From assembly GCA_017484135.1 (NCBI GenBank), contig JAFUTQ010000066.1, positions 754 to 64,753 of the forward strand: 64,000 nucleotides of DNA, written 5' to 3'. This document shows positions 61,201 to 64,000 of the stretch, one piece after another; position 1 is the first letter of the stretch, and each line of letters begins with the position of its first letter. The stretch is from Lachnospiraceae bacterium. Lineage in GTDB: Bacteria; Bacillota; Clostridia; Lachnospirales; Lachnospiraceae. The notes beneath the pieces were generated by a model, which saw only the letters and a list, made by a program, of their open reading frames with translations, was not told the DNA's origin and did no database searches. Made by a program: the position numbers and the translations under genes.

Positions 61201-64000
61201 CTATGTATACGGAACCGGCTACAGCTATTATTATGGCGGCTATTTCGGATATTATGAGCTTGGAAACGGAATCTTTACCTGCAGAAATTGTATGGTTGCA
61301 CCCGAAATCGAGAATATTCGTGCGCAGCAGGTTGTGGGCGGACTGACCGGAAGCATCATTACCAATGGCAATGCATGGACTACCGGGAGTGCGTACAATA
61401 TTGTGATTGATACGGTTACAGTGGGGACACGGCTGAAGGTTGGCAACTATTTTATGCAGAATCTGTCCAGCTATTTGTTCCACGCCAGAATGTCGGGACT
61501 GATCGCATCCATCAACCGGAGTGTCTGGCACAATCAGCATGACTGGGCTGGCGTCGAGTCAAGGGTTACCACAAATACCTATGCGGGGGTACATTTGACG
61601 GATATTACGGTCGACGGTGCGGAAATTGATGCGCAAAACATTTCTAACAGCTCAACAACCAATCTGCGGGTTACCGGAGGATTTCTGGGGTACGAATGGG
61701 ACAATGCAGAGGTCATCGCAGATGGAGCGGTGGGAATCCGGGTTACGGGAAATTCCGAAATTCGAAGCAGAGGTCATGTGGGCGGACTGTTTACCACATT
61801 TAGCGGAAAGCTGGACTTTCAGTCACCGGTTAAGCTGGAAAGTATGACCATGTACAGCGTGGATCAGAATCAGAATTTCTGCGGGCTGCTGGTGGGAGAT
61901 GCCAGATATGCAATGATCACGCTGACCGCGGATAAGTATTATATTGATTCAAGCAATGTTACGGTACAAAGATATACCAATTTTGACGAAATCGCAGGGG
62001 TCAACCGAAAGATCACAAGCAATTGGGTCAATTCCAATAATGGATATTACGGAACGATCATGGACGCAGACAATTCTTTTGGGGGAATTGTGAATATCCT
62101 TCTGCCTGACTTCGGGAATATGGCAGAGAGCGACTATCAGAGCTATCAGAACCGGGTTGTGACGACAAGCAATCCCTATACCAGATATTATTACAATCTG
62201 TTTACCTCAGACTATCAGCCGATTGCGGTAAGCGGCACTACGGCAACACTGGATTCGCCCGAGGATCTTATGCTGTGGCATCTCTATGAATATACGAGAA
62301 CGAGTAATTATCTGCAGAGATTTTTTCTGCCGTATTTTTCGACGGGGAGTGCGATGGACTATAACGGCACATGGAAGCTTCAGGGAACCTTTGACATGAA
62401 GGGCTACAGCTTTTATCCCACACTGATTTCCGGCGGTACCTATACCGGAGAAATCGATACAATCATCCGGTTGTATGCAGAGGAGATCGAAGCTGCGGAG
62501 AATGCACATGCACAGGACTGTGACAAACGGACTCCGCAGGCTGCCAGACAGCATTATTTGATGCACGCCGGGTTGTTTCACAATGCCAGCGGATTTAAGG
62601 TAGAAAATTTGACATTCCAGGGGACAGCGGCAAATCTGGGAAGTAATTCGGGCATGCTTAGTTCCAGAAATGTGTCGGGTACGGTTACGATTTCGGGCAT
62701 TGTGTTTGACGGCGCAAGGCTTGCCAATTACGGAAGTGACTGCTCCGGCCTGATGCTTGGAAATGTTCAGGGTGGGAATCTGAGTTCTACCTCACCGGTC
62801 GCGACCGTGACCATCACAGGGGTAAAGACCCGGAATTATACAGGGGATAAAAAGGCTGCGGGAGCGCTGATCGGAAAGGTGGGAAGTGAGAACGCGACCA
62901 ATTTCAAGGTCTATCTGAGCAATATGAAGGTGGATTCCGACCGGGTTGAGCCGGGGACATCAGCGACGGATAAGACCGGAAAGGTGTTCCGGTTTGCATC
63001 CTTTATTTGTGAATACTATTATTCCAGTGTCACGAATGAAAATACCAATAAACTGGTGCTCTACACCTTTACAAAAGCGGATGCGACTGCGGGGAACGTT
63101 ACCTACGGGGAGGAAATCAGCCGCGGTGTTGAGTACAATGATCAGGTGCGGGATGCCGCACTGATTGAAAAAATAAACAATGCAGGTGCGGAGACGGGGA
63201 AGGAAGCGTATATTCCCTATGTGCATAATAAAGACCAAAAAAGCAGACAGATTTTTGTAAATCCCCAGAATGGCAATCTTACAGTGGGCTGCGGCACCTA
63301 TGAGGATCCGTACCAGATCAGCACCAGCCGTCAGCTGATGAATCTATATCTGTATATGACGGATTCCGGGGCATATGTAAATATTTTTCAGGGCAATGGA
63401 AACGATGCCACAAAATGGACAGTAAATCTGGTCGGCAATGGAAACGTGGACGAGTTGGGGAACCCGAGGTGTAATGTCGATGGCACATTGATAACGGAAC
63501 ACACCTCTGCCGCCTATGGTGCGGCCAATTTCCCCACCAGAGAGCAGCTTCGCACAGCCTATTATCAGATTGTGGCAGATATTGACCTGACGACCTATAG
63601 TGATCTGAATGATTACATCATCAATTGTGATTTCGTGGGAATCGGTTCTACCAGATATCCGTTTGCGGGCGTCATGGTAGGAAAGGGGAATCCCACCATT
63701 ACCATGCCAAAAACCACCAACACAGCGGCAAATTATGCCCTGTTTCAGTATATCAAGGGCGCGGTAATCAAGGATCTGCATCTTGCGCAGGAGACGGATG
63801 GCGGAGTGAAACAGACGATTCAGCTGGGAAGCAGCGGCAGCGGGGCCTGTGTGGCAGCGGAAGTGCTGGGCGGCGACAACATCATTGACAATGTCAGCGT
63901 GGATATGACCCTTACCATTACCTATAGCAGCGGAACGACGGTCAAGACGGGGGCTTATGCAGGGTATGTGCGGAGAGGTTCGTTAATTCTCCGAAATTTG
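58253..64000 (+). CDS. Giant secreted GLUG-repeat/beta-rich protein (partial, >1900 aa)
   Basis: ATG 58253 after AAGGAG, translating MKARIKRLLILMAVMVVVMSGLYLIAGG. Acidic TENPD repeats, GGLVG/GGIAG motifs, YPF.G, GCGTYEDPYQI. The same frame is still open at the window end (..GYVRRGSLILRNL) and the ORF track reports no closed ORF in this frame. Confidence 0.85.
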   Translation, partial: MKARIKRLLILMAVMVVVMSGLYLIAGGAQNLLLAAGALLPFTTQSDTETEATENPDTENADTENPDTEETNTENRDMQPEQNTEMDSSTDEQSEENEAVPSADSIGSEEENTDPQEAEAAVSEETQNVDENTEADTEEADAQAEPDRDETAGDELLYNPEELETVEEAYFGAPVYSYADSENVPYTLETLNESGTKKFYVQTYNDVLALQELSKYSSLEGYIFEFAKLDNTTNVWNLNEIGFTGIGTAEYPFRGTVQEYYDSGTSFNLNSPLFQYLGSGASIINFTIQLDNATSGLANYFIATDEKPVVCRNVTLRGTVTNLNTAASEGVTGGVAGALYGTVINQRAGGETYELVIDGSGLNLTGITVNARIAGGYVGDVQGNIYVQVYNTSNVADTVYNSNGTGVAIGGLVGRLSAGSSLEVMGNLSSANHVGYSGNVYSNNTSQAVGGLIGLCQNATVISEQKVSRNNNVFVASGTAAGFIGRAVDSAVTIRNFQLNSMVKSGIGRYGVAQYAGGVVGIYETTGASSTAKMEISHIGIKGDQQIAAGYNGTYNTTTIGSITNTAGGVVAYIHGDNVTISDISCDGFDGDYQFLPCLGCDGYDAGKQTSRTATGFVGGIAGRASGKNILVSDVKVNYDTTHRIGGTYVGGIFGVVETQSKLRLTDITVSSFIIYYQNNDNYRPNYVGGLFSWVDKGCIISLGAKDSEKGWDGVIDVSGIGYQYGTAAISGFRYKTNRGYVAGYQNESLIYLEEDATYQRNATADDITNAVWTNACYNNYLNYTLDDVGTYGGLYKNVRDNTDNSLVIDYSRAYGREVTGTVSRNGEGAYELSDEADALRLAIALNTFNVSGGTALRFAADCFQSGETANTLLQADYVITGDLDLETAGIYSLSRNDSISYPFRGTLIGQKADGTKPDVRLYIVSQQSMAGLFPAVKDASFENFALDGVLYYPSNFGGLAYRADGSISVIKVDNQMKMRTGCYVYGTGYSYYYGGYFGYYELGNGIFTCRNCMVAPEIENIRAQQVVGGLTGSIITNGNAWTTGSAYNIVIDTVTVGTRLKVGNYFMQNLSSYLFHARMSGLIASINRSVWHNQHDWAGVESRVTTNTYAGVHLTDITVDGAEIDAQNISNSSTTNLRVTGGFLGYEWDNAEVIADGAVGIRVTGNSEIRSRGHVGGLFTTFSGKLDFQSPVKLESMTMYSVDQNQNFCGLLVGDARYAMITLTADKYYIDSSNVTVQRYTNFDEIAGVNRKITSNWVNSNNGYYGTIMDADNSFGGIVNILLPDFGNMAESDYQSYQNRVVTTSNPYTRYYYNLFTSDYQPIAVSGTTATLDSPEDLMLWHLYEYTRTSNYLQRFFLPYFSTGSAMDYNGTWKLQGTFDMKGYSFYPTLISGGTYTGEIDTIIRLYAEEIEAAENAHAQDCDKRTPQAARQHYLMHAGLFHNASGFKVENLTFQGTAANLGSNSGMLSSRNVSGTVTISGIVFDGARLANYGSDCSGLMLGNVQGGNLSSTSPVATVTITGVKTRNYTGDKKAAGALIGKVGSENATNFKVYLSNMKVDSDRVEPGTSATDKTGKVFRFASFICEYYYSSVTNENTNKLVLYTFTKADATAGNVTYGEEISRGVEYNDQVRDAALIEKINNAGAETGKEAYIPYVHNKDQKSRQIFVNPQNGNLTVGCGTYEDPYQISTSRQLMNLYLYMTDSGAYVNIFQGNGNDATKWTVNLVGNGNVDELGNPRCNVDGTLITEHTSAAYGAANFPTREQLRTAYYQIVADIDLTTYSDLNDYIINCDFVGIGSTRYPFAGVMVGKGNPTITMPKTTNTAANYALFQYIKGAVIKDLHLAQETDGGVKQTIQLGSSGSGACVAAEVLGGDNIIDNVSVDMTLTITYSSGTTVKTGAYAGYVRRGSLILRNL
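58409..58483 (+). repeat. 15-bp coding tandem repeat (TENPD-like x5)
   Basis: ACRGAAAATSCGGAT-type units at 58409, 58424, 58439, 58454 (diverged) and 58469. Confidence 0.8.

Overview
This is a 64 kb chromosomal window from a spore-forming Clostridia bacterium, most likely Lachnospiraceae judging by gene content and order. Bases 1-6 kb are accessory: a partial Phd/YefM antitoxin, a DUF2975-HTH pair, a broken ABC permease, and a stand-alone reverse transcriptase preceded by a ~155-nt structured RNA-like element closed by a 15-bp inverted repeat. Bases 6-49 kb are mostly conserved core: holA, rpsT, gpr, spoIIP, lepA, hemW, hrcA-grpE-dnaK-dnaJ, prmA, rsmE, thiI, mtaB, ireB, ruvX, rnj, coaBC and aroE/D/K. 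The core carries insertions of an MBOAT+SGNH pair and two transglutaminase-like surface proteins. It is also punctuated by four full and two collapsed copies of a four-way-junction palindromic element whose stems change sequence but keep pairing. Bases 49-64 kb hold an HD-GYP gene and a long operon. The operon encodes a SipW-type peptidase, five SipW-class/TasA-like secreted proteins, a membrane-anchored McrB-like NTPase with an apparently nuclease-less DUF2357 partner, and a giant secreted protein of more than 1900 aa that runs off the window. The three best novelty candidates are the RT+ncRNA cassette, the SipW-fibre operon with a co-opted McrBC-like motor, and the four-way-junction repeat family. 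All assignments come from motif recognition by eye; no database searches were run.
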